DNA of 64,000 nucleotides, taken from positions 1 through 64,000 of IMG/VR virus record IMGVR_UViG_3300031861_000001; one strand, written 5' to 3'. The position numbers and the translations under genes are program-made. Under the pieces are notes generated by a model. The model was not told the DNA's origin. It made no database searches and saw only the letters and a list, made by a program, of their open reading frames with translations. Positions 8,193 to 18,106 of the stretch are shown here, piece after piece. Numbering within the stretch: position 1 is the stretch's first letter; each line of letters begins with the position of its first letter. This stretch comes from a virus (Duplodnaviria > Caudoviricetes).

Positions 8193-8848
8193 ATGTAATA
8201 CTTTATATCATTAGTTTTTAAGAGATCCTCACATTGCTCATAATAAGCATCATCTAATTTGTTATATTGCCTTCCGTTGAATCTACATAGTAAATCTACT
8301 TTTAAATCTTTACCTAATTTAATAACATCGGGCACCTCATGATAATTATGACTAAAAATAGTATAATCCCATCTTGTATGTCTGTGTTTAGTCGCCTCTT
8401 CCATATTACGAAAAGCTAAATTAGTATTTACATTTACTCTATACATTTGATTAGTCTCATTCGTTAGACCATCTATTCCAAATACTAAATTAGTGGTTTC
8501 ATGCTTAACTAAGAAATTCTTTATCCATTCTGGATTGCGCAGGCCGCCGTTAGTAAATATTTCAACTGAGTCGAACACATTCTCAGCTAAAAAAGTTAAT
8601 TTGTCTAATTCCGGATTCATTAAAGGATCCCCTAATTCTCCACAAAATCTAGCCTGTATGTTACTATATGGATGATTTCTAAACCAACTTATATTCTTAT
8701 ATAATATATCTTCGAAATCATCTGCTTTTAAATGCTTATAAGGTTTAGGTACATATTCATTAAATTCAGTTCTAAAACAACTGGGGCAATCTGCATTACA
8801 ATGTGATGAGATTTCAAAATTAAATAAGCAATCTTTAGTATCTAACAT
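8183..8848 (-). CDS. radical SAM core-only protein
   Basis: EISSHCNADCPSC, FCGELGDPLMNP, IFTNG and FGIDG; no C-terminal SPASM domain. Confidence 0.85.
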   Translation of the reverse strand: MLDTKDCLFNFEISSHCNADCPSCFRTEFNEYVPKPYKHLKADDFEDILYKNISWFRNHPYSNIQARFCGELGDPLMNPELDKLTFLAENVFDSVEIFTNGGLRNPEWIKNFLVKHETTNLVFGIDGLTNETNQMYRVNVNTNLAFRNMEEATKHRHTRWDYTIFSHNYHEVPDVIKLGKDLKVDLLCRFNGRQYNKLDDAYYEQCEDLLKTNDIKYYICK

Positions 8849-9534
8849 TAATTTGCCAATATCAATCTACTACTTTCAAACTTATTTTGTTCATACATCT
8901 CTATAACGTTTGGTATGAATCTCTCTTCAATTCGGAATTTAGGTCGGCTATTAATTTTCATATCAATCATAATTTTATACTTTTTTGCAATATCTAATAC
9001 CTCTGGAATTTCAAACCAATTATGTTGAAAAATTACATACTGCCAAGATGACATTCTAGCACCATATTTACTTTGTTTATAAGCAATCATGTTCTCATAT
9101 GCTTTTGGCGTATTGACGCGTCTCCTATACTTTTGATTACTCTCATTATCTAGACCATCAATAGAGAATTGGAGCTCCAGGTTATTATATTTATTTCCTA
9201 AATTACTAAAAAATTTAGATGTTCTAAGGCCTCCATTAGTAACTATTTTGAGTCTTTTAAATACGCCGGTGCTATAATCTATAAATTTTAATATATTTGG
9301 GTGAACGAGAGCATCTCCTAATTCTCCCTCAAATGTAACGCTTTTATCTTTAAACAGTTCGATATCTCTTTCTATAATGGATTTGTAGGTATCAAAATCC
9401 ATATGTAGTTGTTTTAGTCCTGGATGTAATGGTTGATCAGGATTATATTCTATAAAATTATGATCTTCATATCTTTTACAGGAAGGGCAAGCTGCATTAC
9501 AATAGCTTGATATAGTGAAATCAAAATCTAGCAA
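8848..9534 (-). CDS. radical SAM core-only protein (paralogue)
   Basis: TISSYCNAACPSC, EGELGDALVHP, IVTNG and FSIDG. Confidence 0.85.
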   Translation of the reverse strand: MLDFDFTISSYCNAACPSCKRYEDHNFIEYNPDQPLHPGLKQLHMDFDTYKSIIERDIELFKDKSVTFEGELGDALVHPNILKFIDYSTGVFKRLKIVTNGGLRTSKFFSNLGNKYNNLELQFSIDGLDNESNQKYRRRVNTPKAYENMIAYKQSKYGARMSSWQYVIFQHNWFEIPEVLDIAKKYKIMIDMKINSRPKFRIEERFIPNVIEMYEQNKFESSRLILAN

Positions 9535-10648
9535 TGTTTTTTATAATATCAAATTTAGGTTTAGGAAGATATTCTCTTTTCTCTGAAAATGAACTTAAAA
9601 ACAAATAGTGATATAATTCGTATGGTTTAAATTCTAACTTTTGTTCTATATCTACAACGGCACTTATATATTTATTTCTATTATAGATAAGTTTCTCTTC
9701 TATGTCTCTAAGCTTATTAGTGAATACTTCTATATCACTTTCTAAATATCTTTCGATTTGTTTATGAAATTCTCTCATTCTTTCTTTGGGGTTATTTAAT
9801 AAATCAAAACTATAATCAAATATTTCATTATAAAGTTTGAACCCTAATTCTTCTAATTTGTGATTGCTTCCTTTATTACCTAATAAAATAAAAGGACGTT
9901 GAAATAATATTTCTTTCCAGGTTTTTTCTGTATAGTATGTAGGCCCTTCGACATATGTTTCAACTACTACATCACAATTTGATTGAAAACATTCTTTAGG
10001 GAGAAAAGCATTAAATACATCTTTATCAAAAAGTTTATTGTTAATAGTGGTTAGCTCTTTAGGTCCTATGTAACCTTTAGTTTCTTCTATCCACTCTTCT
10101 GATATATCTATTTCTGTAAGTGTTCTTGTATTAGATAATATATCAAATTCATCAAATAAACATGAATACACACGATCTATCCAACTATTCTCATCATCTT
10201 TTGTAAAATGAAATTGAGGCGTTAGGGAATATTCATAATTTGAATGCTTATAATAATTACTAAGCGTTGCTATTCTATAAGGAGCAGGGCTACTTGTTAA
10301 TTGTATAAAGTTTTTGTTTTTTTGAAAATTATTTAACTCATCAATGATTTCTTGCTTTACGAAATGCATGCTATCTATCCTGACAGTAAAAGGAAAATAT
10401 AAGGTATTGTATATTTCAGGCTTTTTATTATCTATACACCACTTCTTATATCGTTCTTTAATATTTAAATCAGAACAAAGATACCATACATTATTATCTT
10501 CTAATATATCATGAACTTTAGAAAATACACCATCGAATCTAGATCCTTCTGGTAAATCAAACAATAAGATATCATCATCTAAATCCTTTAATAATTCATC
10601 TATTTCTGATTCATCAAAAAAGAAATTATCTAAGTTTAACGTTATCAT
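9521..10648 (-). CDS. GT10-like (TEK motif) putative glycosyltransferase
   Basis: DVVVETY...YYTEKTWKEILFQRPFILLG resembles the GT10 EN...Y.TEK...P...G motif. Confidence 0.5.
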   Translation of the reverse strand: MITLNLDNFFFDESEIDELLKDLDDDILLFDLPEGSRFDGVFSKVHDILEDNNVWYLCSDLNIKERYKKWCIDNKKPEIYNTLYFPFTVRIDSMHFVKQEIIDELNNFQKNKNFIQLTSSPAPYRIATLSNYYKHSNYEYSLTPQFHFTKDDENSWIDRVYSCLFDEFDILSNTRTLTEIDISEEWIEETKGYIGPKELTTINNKLFDKDVFNAFLPKECFQSNCDVVVETYVEGPTYYTEKTWKEILFQRPFILLGNKGSNHKLEELGFKLYNEIFDYSFDLLNNPKERMREFHKQIERYLESDIEVFTNKLRDIEEKLIYNRNKYISAVVDIEQKLEFKPYELYHYLFLSSFSEKREYLPKPKFDIIKNIARF

Positions 10649-11738
10649 TTAACACTTTTTTAAATAGGTTATCTAATTCTAAAGATTCAACAAATATATC
10701 ATCACTTGCATGACATAAGCCTATTACACCAAACCAGTCTTCATATTCCTTATACCTTCTTACAAGTAAATCTTTATTATACTCAATTTTATCAGACAAT
10801 ACAGATAACTTTTCTGAAAATTCTTCAACCTCTTCATTAATGTAACGATCTATTTGATCACAAAATCCTTCAAATCTCCCTTGAAAAGTATTGGCTTTAT
10901 CAAATCTATAATCAAATATTTCATCATACAGTTTAAATCCTAATTCTTCCATAATATGATTTTGATTCTTTGCTCCCAGAGCAATGAAAGGCCTTTTAAA
11001 TAATATTTCTTTGAATATTTTCTCAGTAAATAATACAGAATCATACATGACGTAAGATTCAGTAACAACATCACAACAACAATTATATGCTTCTTTAGGT
11101 AGATAATCATCAAAGTATGACTTATCTAACATCCCTGGTTTCCAATTTTCAGAGAACTCGGTCAACTCTCTTACAGGAACATCTGTCAATATAAAATGAT
11201 AGGGTGAAATATTTTGAATATAATCATGATTCCATTGCAAAGGATGTTTTATAGTTACCTGTTTAAACTGTTTTCCATGAAAGAACGGATTTAATGAGTA
11301 TTCAAATTTAGGATGTTTGTAGTATTTTTCTAAAAGCGCTATTCTAAACGCTTTAGGAGCACTTGTTAAATTTATGAAGTTATGTGTATATTCAGCTTTT
11401 ATTTCATATTGTAAAGCATTACATATATTAGGACGAAAACAGTATGGATGAACTAATGGTATAAATTTGTAATTTGTCTTTGATATTCTTTCTTTGATAT
11501 TTAAATCAGCACAAAGATAATATATTTTGCCAGAGTGTTCGGATAATGCATCATTTAAATCATGTACAGTTGTGGCTTCCAAAGGATTTAAAGGCCATAA
11601 TCTTTCAACCTCAGATCTATCTATTATGCAAATATCACTATTTTTAGGAAGAGATTTAAATTGCTTTTTTAAGTCTTCTGTAATAACTCCAGGAAACCCC
11701 TGAACTTCTTCTATCTTAGGTATATCACAAAATATCAT
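10626..11738 (-). CDS. GT10-like (TEK motif) putative glycosyltransferase, paralogue 2
   Basis: DVVTESY...LFTEKIFKEILFKRPFIALG...GFKLYDEIFDY. Confidence 0.5.
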   Translation of the reverse strand: MIFCDIPKIEEVQGFPGVITEDLKKQFKSLPKNSDICIIDRSEVERLWPLNPLEATTVHDLNDALSEHSGKIYYLCADLNIKERISKTNYKFIPLVHPYCFRPNICNALQYEIKAEYTHNFINLTSAPKAFRIALLEKYYKHPKFEYSLNPFFHGKQFKQVTIKHPLQWNHDYIQNISPYHFILTDVPVRELTEFSENWKPGMLDKSYFDDYLPKEAYNCCCDVVTESYVMYDSVLFTEKIFKEILFKRPFIALGAKNQNHIMEELGFKLYDEIFDYRFDKANTFQGRFEGFCDQIDRYINEEVEEFSEKLSVLSDKIEYNKDLLVRRYKEYEDWFGVIGLCHASDDIFVESLELDNLFKKVLNDNVKLR

Positions 11739-12357
11739 TGTATATGCTTCTACTCCAATCTAATCCACTTATATCCTGATACATATTACTATCACCACAA
11801 TCCTGATTATCCATAGGCAACTCTCTAAATTTAAGTAACCCCTCCATTGCTGTCTCTGGCGGCATATACATGTTATAAGCATCAACTATAGATACATTAT
11901 CATCTTTAGACATAACATCTTTATTCCTACCCATATAGATTCGAGGCCTTAACCAATCAACAAAATCCTTATCATCAGTTAATACCATACCGCCTTTTAC
12001 TGTTGATAGTATTTTCCTATGGTGAAAGCTTATGCAATAATAGGTATTAGGTATATACATATCCTGAGTAAATCTACATGCTGAATCTACTATATTCAAC
12101 GGCTTTATTGGATAACATCCCTTCCATTTTATATCTTCAAAGTGAAGCCAATATCCTAAATGCCATAAAGCCTGTGGGACACTTACATATATCTGTTTAG
12201 GTAAATCTATCCTTACCTTTTTCCACATTTGCCTTTTTCTAAGATATCTAGCACACATGAATATAGCATTGGTACAACTATCCATTGCAACAGCATATTT
12301 AGAACCAGCATAATCTGCTATCTTATCTTCAAACTCTGTTACGTGTCTCCACATCAA
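11725..12357 (-). CDS. short DegT/DnrJ/EryC1/StrS sugar aminotransferase
   Basis: FEDKIADYAGSKYAVAMDSCT, IVDSAC and SFHHRKILSTVKGGMVLTDD (PLP Lys); only about 210 aa. Confidence 0.85.
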   Translation of the reverse strand: MMWRHVTEFEDKIADYAGSKYAVAMDSCTNAIFMCARYLRKRQMWKKVRIDLPKQIYVSVPQALWHLGYWLHFEDIKWKGCYPIKPLNIVDSACRFTQDMYIPNTYYCISFHHRKILSTVKGGMVLTDDKDFVDWLRPRIYMGRNKDVMSKDDNVSIVDAYNMYMPPETAMEGLLKFRELPMDNQDCGDSNMYQDISGLDWSRSIYNDIL

Positions 12358-13231
12358 ATATCTCGCAATAATGTTTATAATTAAATTCTATTTTATCTTT
12401 AACTGTTTTAATCTTCTTTGCAAATATATCGGGCTCCATTTGCATATAAGGTTCTATTGAATCACATAATCTACTTAGGCGTCTCCAATTTGGATCAAAC
12501 ACTCCGCCGTCGAAACTATAATCAAATAATTCATCATATAACTCAAAACCAAGATCTTTTAACTTAGCATGAATTCCTTGACCACCCCAAACTAAGAATG
12601 GTTTCTGAAACACTATAGGCTTCCATGTTTTTTCTGTAATAAAAAGAGTCTCAATAGTTGATTCTAATACTATATCACAATTAGTCTGATAATATTCAAG
12701 GGGTACTAATTCTTGAAATCCCCGATGATCAAATTCTATCTCTGTAAGTTTTACTATGTCAAGATTAGAAAACCCGTTTTTACCTTTATATTCGATTAAT
12801 GGGGTGTCCGGATGCCATTTATAATATGTTTTATTAACTTTAGAATAAGGATAATTAGAATATATAAAGTATTTATTGGTGTATAATCTATCTAATAAAT
12901 TATACCTGTGTTCTCTGGGAGCGGAGCATAGGCTAATAAAATTATATTTTACAGGCCCGTGAAGTACTGGACGATTATAATATATGTCTCTACTGCGTTG
13001 ACTAATTTCTGTTAGGAAAGAATAAGGATCATATAATATTTTAAGTTTATCATTCTTCAGATTACCATCAGCAGAGTGATACGTTACTTCATTAGGTAAG
13101 TCTTCTAAAAACTTAATAATATCTTCTCTAAACACCTCCCATACATCATAGACCTCTATGGGGCCTTCAACATTTAATAAGGGTGTTAGATCTGGATTGT
13201 TAACTGTCGGTGGGTTAATATAAAATTTCAT
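12329..13231 (-). CDS. GT10-like (TEK motif) putative glycosyltransferase, paralogue 3
   Basis: DIVLES...FITEKTWKPIVFQKPFLVWG...GFELYDELFDYSFD. Confidence 0.5.
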   Translation of the reverse strand: MKFYINPPTVNNPDLTPLLNVEGPIEVYDVWEVFREDIIKFLEDLPNEVTYHSADGNLKNDKLKILYDPYSFLTEISQRSRDIYYNRPVLHGPVKYNFISLCSAPREHRYNLLDRLYTNKYFIYSNYPYSKVNKTYYKWHPDTPLIEYKGKNGFSNLDIVKLTEIEFDHRGFQELVPLEYYQTNCDIVLESTIETLFITEKTWKPIVFQKPFLVWGGQGIHAKLKDLGFELYDELFDYSFDGGVFDPNWRRLSRLCDSIEPYMQMEPDIFAKKIKTVKDKIEFNYKHYCEIFDVETRNRV

Positions 13232-13242
13232 TCATAATATGA

Positions 13243-13842
13243 TTACGAATTTGTTGACATTTGTTTCTCTGGATTGTACCAGTAAAGTGATTGATGAGGA
13301 TTAACTACTACGGCTTCACTTTTATAATAAAACTGTCTCATTGTAAATCGTTGTCCGCTAATTACAGGATTAACTCCGTGTGCGTTTGTTTCACTGTGTT
13401 TAAACATTACAGCGGAATTATGTTCTGGCATATGCTCAAAAACAACATTTTCTTTTTTTTCATCATATTGACAGTGCTTTCCACCTTCACACTCACCAAG
13501 ATATACACATAAATTAACAGCGCGATGCAGTTTAATTCTATCATTCCAATTAAAATCTATATGAGGATCAAGTTGATCTTGTGATTCCATTAAAGAAACA
13601 CCTTCTCCAACACTGTAGGGGTCAACAACTAAACCATCTATACCTGACTCTTTTTCAATCCATTCTATACATTCTTTAGAATGAAAATGTTGTCGTATCC
13701 TATTAATAAATTTGCCCTCACCGTAATATTCTTTCATATGACTATTATTACGATTAAAGTCTTTCCATTCTTTAATAGTTTTTAATTCACTTAACAGCAG
13801 AAGGTCTAAATTTTCTTTTAAATAATTTTTATAATAATTCAT
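13243..13842 (-). CDS. 2OG-Fe(II) oxygenase
   Basis: PHIDFNW...LCVYL...AHGVNPV...RFT (HxD...H...R). Confidence 0.85.
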   Translation of the reverse strand: MNYYKNYLKENLDLLLLSELKTIKEWKDFNRNNSHMKEYYGEGKFINRIRQHFHSKECIEWIEKESGIDGLVVDPYSVGEGVSLMESQDQLDPHIDFNWNDRIKLHRAVNLCVYLGECEGGKHCQYDEKKENVVFEHMPEHNSAVMFKHSETNAHGVNPVISGQRFTMRQFYYKSEAVVVNPHQSLYWYNPEKQMSTNS

Positions 13843-14051
13843 GAGGGTACAATCTCATTTGTTTGCATTAAGTGCGTCAAAATACATGAACCAACGAATT
13901 CAGCATGATCTCGATCTATAATGATGAAATCACCATCTTCATCAATGATTAGAAAATTACCAGATGCTTTAAAGGTACGCACTTCAAATTGATTTGTAAC
14001 ACCTATAGATTCAGTATTTTCTCTTAGTTCTTCATATTTATTCATGTGCAT
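13839..14051 (-). CDS. hypothetical protein
   Basis: 70 aa ORF with an ATGA overlap to the next gene. Confidence 0.55.
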   Translation of the reverse strand: MHMNKYEELRENTESIGVTNQFEVRTFKASGNFLIIDEDGDFIIIDRDHAEFVGSCILTHLMQTNEIVPS

Positions 14052-14074
14052 GATTCATACTATAAGAATAAATT

Positions 14075-14209
14075 CTATTTTTCTGCTTCGTCTTTTTTGT
14101 CTTCAACGGCTTTTCTATGGCGTTCAATGTTTTCATCTTTTAAGGGAAAAGGAATTATTTTCGCGGGGCCTCTTAGTTCTTGAATTTTTCTACTTATCCA
14201 ATCTTTCAT
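14075..14209 (-). CDS. small hypothetical protein (44 aa)
   Basis: Not in track. MKDWISRKIQELRGPAKIIPFPLKDE...; TAATG overlap with the ATPase C-terminal frame. Confidence 0.5.
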   Translation of the reverse strand: MKDWISRKIQELRGPAKIIPFPLKDENIERHRKAVEDKKDEAEK

Positions 14210-15683
14210 TAGTTAACAGCAGCATACTTTAATAAGCTTTCCCATCGTGGCATGCCTGATTTCATAATATTAATAGCTGCCGGTAAAGTTCTCATTGTTG
14301 GTTTTGAGATTTTGCCCTCTTTGGCGAGATCTAATAATCTATTTAATACGCCACTCGCTTCTGGTTCTGTTACACCTGTATCTTTAGCAATGACTGGGAC
14401 AACTTGTTTCATTCTTGTTAACATCTCATTATCAGTTAAAGTTACATCAATTAATAATGAACGAGAAATAACTGGTTAGGGATTTTATCTGCTTTTAAAT
14501 TAGAAATAAAAATAACTCTACCTTTAAATCTAAATGTAGAAGGAAGCTTTGGCAGTTTACCTTCTTCATCGCCCCCCGCCATTAAAACTTCTTCAATCCC
14601 CATCTCGATATTAGCAATTACACTTGCATCTAAGGATTGATCAATAGGAACCGTATTTCTTGAAGCCCAAGATAATTCTCTAGGCTCATCACTATCTAAT
14701 GCGGCCTTTAAAAGATTTTGTGATGTTATATCTCTAAATACATCATCACAATCATCAAATACTAGTAACTTTCCATTCCTATTTAAAAAGAATGACATAT
14801 ACAAACCAAAAGTTGATGAAGCCCCTTTTTGAATATTATATGCTGCACCTTTTCTTAAACCAGATTTTTTAATACGTTCTAGTACAGTGAACGATTTGCC
14901 AGTTCCGCCGGCGCCAGTAACTACTAAGGACGGTCTGTCGCCATTTATTACAAGATCTGCCAAATCCGCTAAGTCTTTAAATAATACATCTACAGGTACT
15001 TTATCAACTGCCCTTTCAATTTTATCTATTACTGGTTCAATACTAGATTCTGATTCACCTTTATCAGTATCTAGTAACATAGTAACATTAACAGATCCAC
15101 GTTTACCTCTAGGCAATTTAGATAATTGATACTGATTTACCTTTCTACCTAACCTACTAGCAATAGATTTTAAATCTTTAACAGATATTTCCGCTGTGCC
15201 TAATTCATGATATGCAGCACGTGCTACTGTTGATAGATCTAATGAAGCTGCATTTTCATCTATATTTAATTTAACTTCTCTTTGTGTGGGAGATTTTAAA
15301 AAGCTCTCTAAGGCATTAACTAATTGAATAGAATTTAACCATTCAAGGCCCATTATAACTCTATCAGGCCAATTGTAGTCCTGCTCGCCTATTTTCCACT
15401 TCAACCAATAATCACAGGAAGTTATAGCCATCTGCCTTGAATTTTTCTTTTCCCAATTTAACCTAAATGCTTCGCCTGTAGTGGAAGTAAAATATAAAAT
15501 GCCGATTCCTTCACCGGTTTGAGCCTTTTTAAACTGTTGCACATAATTATCACCACCATATTGATACATCTTTTTACCAACTCTTCGTTCAAGTACAGCT
15601 TTTATTCTATCACACACAGGTTGTAAAGATGTGCCTTTAAACGTAGCTTCATGTACAGATGTCTTAAAACTTACCAATCCCAT
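14209..15683 (-). CDS. AAA-type ATPase with apparent 1-nt frameshift near 14477
   Basis: Walker A GAGGTGKS, Walker B LLVFDDCD, sensor GRVIFISN. The -1 frame continues VISRSLLIDVTLTDNEMLTRMK into the 71 aa ORF 14209-14424. Confidence 0.75.
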
Positions 15684-15718
15684 TCTATTACTCCCATAAA
15701 TTTATATTATGTATACTC

Positions 15719-15725
15719 TATTTAT
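15719..15725 (-). promoter_or_regulatory. probable T4-type late promoter
   Basis: ATAAATA about 35 nt upstream of the ATPase start, with a GGAG RBS. Confidence 0.45.
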
Positions 15726-15739
15726 TCAAGCGAATCTTT

Positions 15740-16858
15740 CTATGGTTTTGGTTGCATCGGAAATAATTTAGCCGCATCTACTGGAAAAACTTTTAATGTT
15801 ACCTCCACCTTGCGAAAAACGCGTTTTCGTATAATCGTTAATGTAACCTTATCTCCGACATTATATTTTTCTAATGCATTAGAAAATCCTAAACCATCAT
15901 TAATCATCACATCATTGACACCAATAATAGTATCATAAGCTTTCAATTCTGCTGGAACAGTGCCTGGCCTTACCCATAAACCAAGAGTATTGGGCACATG
16001 GTCAGGTTTAATATTAGGATGTTCTTTTATTATTTTATCTCTAGTTTTAGAATTAATTAATCCCATAATCATTATGCCAACCGCAGGTCTATCAACTCTG
16101 CCGGTAGCTAACATAGATTCTAAAGCCTTTTTTACAACATCTCCTCTGACTGCTATACCAACTCCAGCACTTTCTCTAATCTTAGATATAATCATAGAAT
16201 TAATTCCTACGATTTCCCCCTTCATATTCAGAAGAGGTCCGCCAGAATTTCCTTTGTTGATTGCAGCATCAGTTTGTAATGCTTTAACATAAGGATGTCT
16301 TGAATATCTTTCATTACTTGAAATAATTCCTTTAGTTAAAGTCCAAGCCATTCCCATCGGATGACCGAATGCAAAAACTTCGGTTCCTGGTGCTAAATTT
16401 TCTATGTCATCTGCAAATTTTATATAAGATTTTGGTTTCACATCTGATATAACCTGGAGTAATGCCAAATCCGCAAGCGGATCTAACCCAATTACATTTA
16501 CATCATGAAATTCATAATCATCTACGGAATAATAAATTAATTTTATCCAATTTTGTTGATATACGCAGTGAAAATTTGTAAGTATATGTCCAGCATCATC
16601 TACGACAACTCCTGCACATAACCCATTTGATTTGAGATCCGTTTCTGGATCAACATTAGGGCTTGTAGAAAGCATAACTATAGCCTCTTTAGCCCTTTGA
16701 ATAATTGTTTCGAATTTTAACGTGTCTTTAGCTTCTACTAAAGTCAGCTCTTTCGTTTGGATTTCTGATGAGTTATCTGCAGCAAATGTTGTGCTCCAGC
16801 CAAATATTAACAATAACAAAGTATAACACATCAAACCCAAAAATTTGAATTTTTTCAT
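15740..16858 (-). CDS. HtrA/DegP-family serine protease with signal peptide and PDZ domain
   Basis: TNFHC (His), DLALL (Asp) and GNSGGPL (Ser) triad; C-terminal PDZ; N-terminal signal ending TTFA. Confidence 0.92.
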   Translation of the reverse strand: MKKFKFLGLMCYTLLLLIFGWSTTFAADNSSEIQTKELTLVEAKDTLKFETIIQRAKEAIVMLSTSPNVDPETDLKSNGLCAGVVVDDAGHILTNFHCVYQQNWIKLIYYSVDDYEFHDVNVIGLDPLADLALLQVISDVKPKSYIKFADDIENLAPGTEVFAFGHPMGMAWTLTKGIISSNERYSRHPYVKALQTDAAINKGNSGGPLLNMKGEIVGINSMIISKIRESAGVGIAVRGDVVKKALESMLATGRVDRPAVGIMIMGLINSKTRDKIIKEHPNIKPDHVPNTLGLWVRPGTVPAELKAYDTIIGVNDVMINDGLGFSNALEKYNVGDKVTLTIIRKRVFRKVEVTLKVFPVDAAKLFPMQPKP

Positions 16859-16861
16859 GTA

Positions 16862-17401
16862 CTATCCTTGAAAAATTGTTCCCAGTTCCTCCGCGGATTC
16901 TATCGGTTTTTGGCTTTGTGGCTCTTCGGGTGAATCCTGAGGCACATCTGGAATTATTGTTTTATTATCTTTTGTTTCATTATCTGGTGTCACCATGGTT
17001 GCAAAAAAACTTGGTAATGTTTTATACTCTGCAACACATTCCATTGCTTTCAACATAAAAAAGTTTCCTGTCCAATTCATATCAGTAACTTTTTTAATAT
17101 ATTCCTTATATTCGATTTCTTTTCTAATTTTATCCATTACACAAAAACAATGTTCTACCATTTGTCTTTGTGCCATTGGACTCGGCACCTGACTAAGAAG
17201 AGATGGATTGCTTAATATTACCCATCTTATAGTTCCTTGGTAACACGCACCTATTGTATCATAAAGAATTTGTGATGGCCAGTTATCATTATCTAATATC
17301 TTCGGAAATCCTCCTGGAGTTCGAGGCGGATCATCTTTAGCTACAACAACCCCTCCGAAAGATAAAATCAACACAAACATTAAAATTAGATATTTTTTCA
17401 T
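16862..17401 (-). CDS. secreted hypothetical protein
   Basis: Signal peptide MKKYLILMFVLILSFGGVVVA; CFC motif. Confidence 0.6.
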   Translation of the reverse strand: MKKYLILMFVLILSFGGVVVAKDDPPRTPGGFPKILDNDNWPSQILYDTIGACYQGTIRWVILSNPSLLSQVPSPMAQRQMVEHCFCVMDKIRKEIEYKEYIKKVTDMNWTGNFFMLKAMECVAEYKTLPSFFATMVTPDNETKDNKTIIPDVPQDSPEEPQSQKPIESAEELGTIFQG

Positions 17402-17410
17402 AGTTCCGCC

Positions 17411-18100
17411 CTATTTTATATTATTTATTTCATTAGGTCCGTGAAATACAATTGCTCCATGTGATTTATCTTGAATGAACACTTCTCTCTTTTTCCACAT
17501 TCGTTCTCTTTTTTTATGATTATTTTCTTTTAAACTCATATAACTATTATGATATTCATTTAAAAACGTATCTACCTGCATATTAATACCCTTTGAATTT
17601 GGATCATTAATATTTCTTCTTTGTTTTTGGTGCTTATACACCCATTTAATTATATTTCTAGCGTACTCAGGAGATATCATATAAGCAGTAGCCATCGGTC
17701 TGCCCATAAAAGCTATTCCCTCATCTCTCTTATAATCACTTCCTTTTTGTATAAATTGAGCTAACTTTTGTTTTATGTCATATGGTTCTGTTATTTCAGG
17801 ATTTAACCGGGCATCGTGCTCGAAACAAAAAATACTTCTGTTTAATTTTACACACCTTTTCCATAATTCAAAATGAGTGCAAAAACAAGCCTTTTCCGTT
17901 CCATGTAAGGGATGTTTTAATTTTCTTTTATTTGTAGCTACTTTAAACTCTGCGAAACGCAGTTCAGGGGAAAGAGCATCAGGAGTATAAGCAGGAAAAA
18001 GAGTTAATTCAACATCAAACACATCTTTAAAGTGTTTTAGTCCTTCACTGGCATATTTCTCAGAAATTTTATTATCTTCAATTATATGGAGAAAAAACAT
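17411..18100 (-). CDS. GT25-like glycosyltransferase
   Basis: ACFCTHFELWKRCVKLNRSIFCFEHDA and AYMISPEYA motifs. Confidence 0.75.
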   Translation of the reverse strand: MFFLHIIEDNKISEKYASEGLKHFKDVFDVELTLFPAYTPDALSPELRFAEFKVATNKRKLKHPLHGTEKACFCTHFELWKRCVKLNRSIFCFEHDARLNPEITEPYDIKQKLAQFIQKGSDYKRDEGIAFMGRPMATAYMISPEYARNIIKWVYKHQKQRRNINDPNSKGINMQVDTFLNEYHNSYMSLKENNHKKRERMWKKREVFIQDKSHGAIVFHGPNEINNIK

Positions 18101-18106
18101 AGAACA

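Noticed and set aside
5154-12357. Streptomycin biosynthesis proper
   Set aside because: Only family-level resemblance (StrB1, StrG, StrS); inositol dehydrogenase, kinase, dTDP-sugar and resistance genes are absent.
14490-14500. U UUA AAA slippery heptamer as a programmed frameshift in the ATPase
   Set aside because: The -1 frame hits TAA twice within five codons, so a shift here cannot reach the downstream domain.
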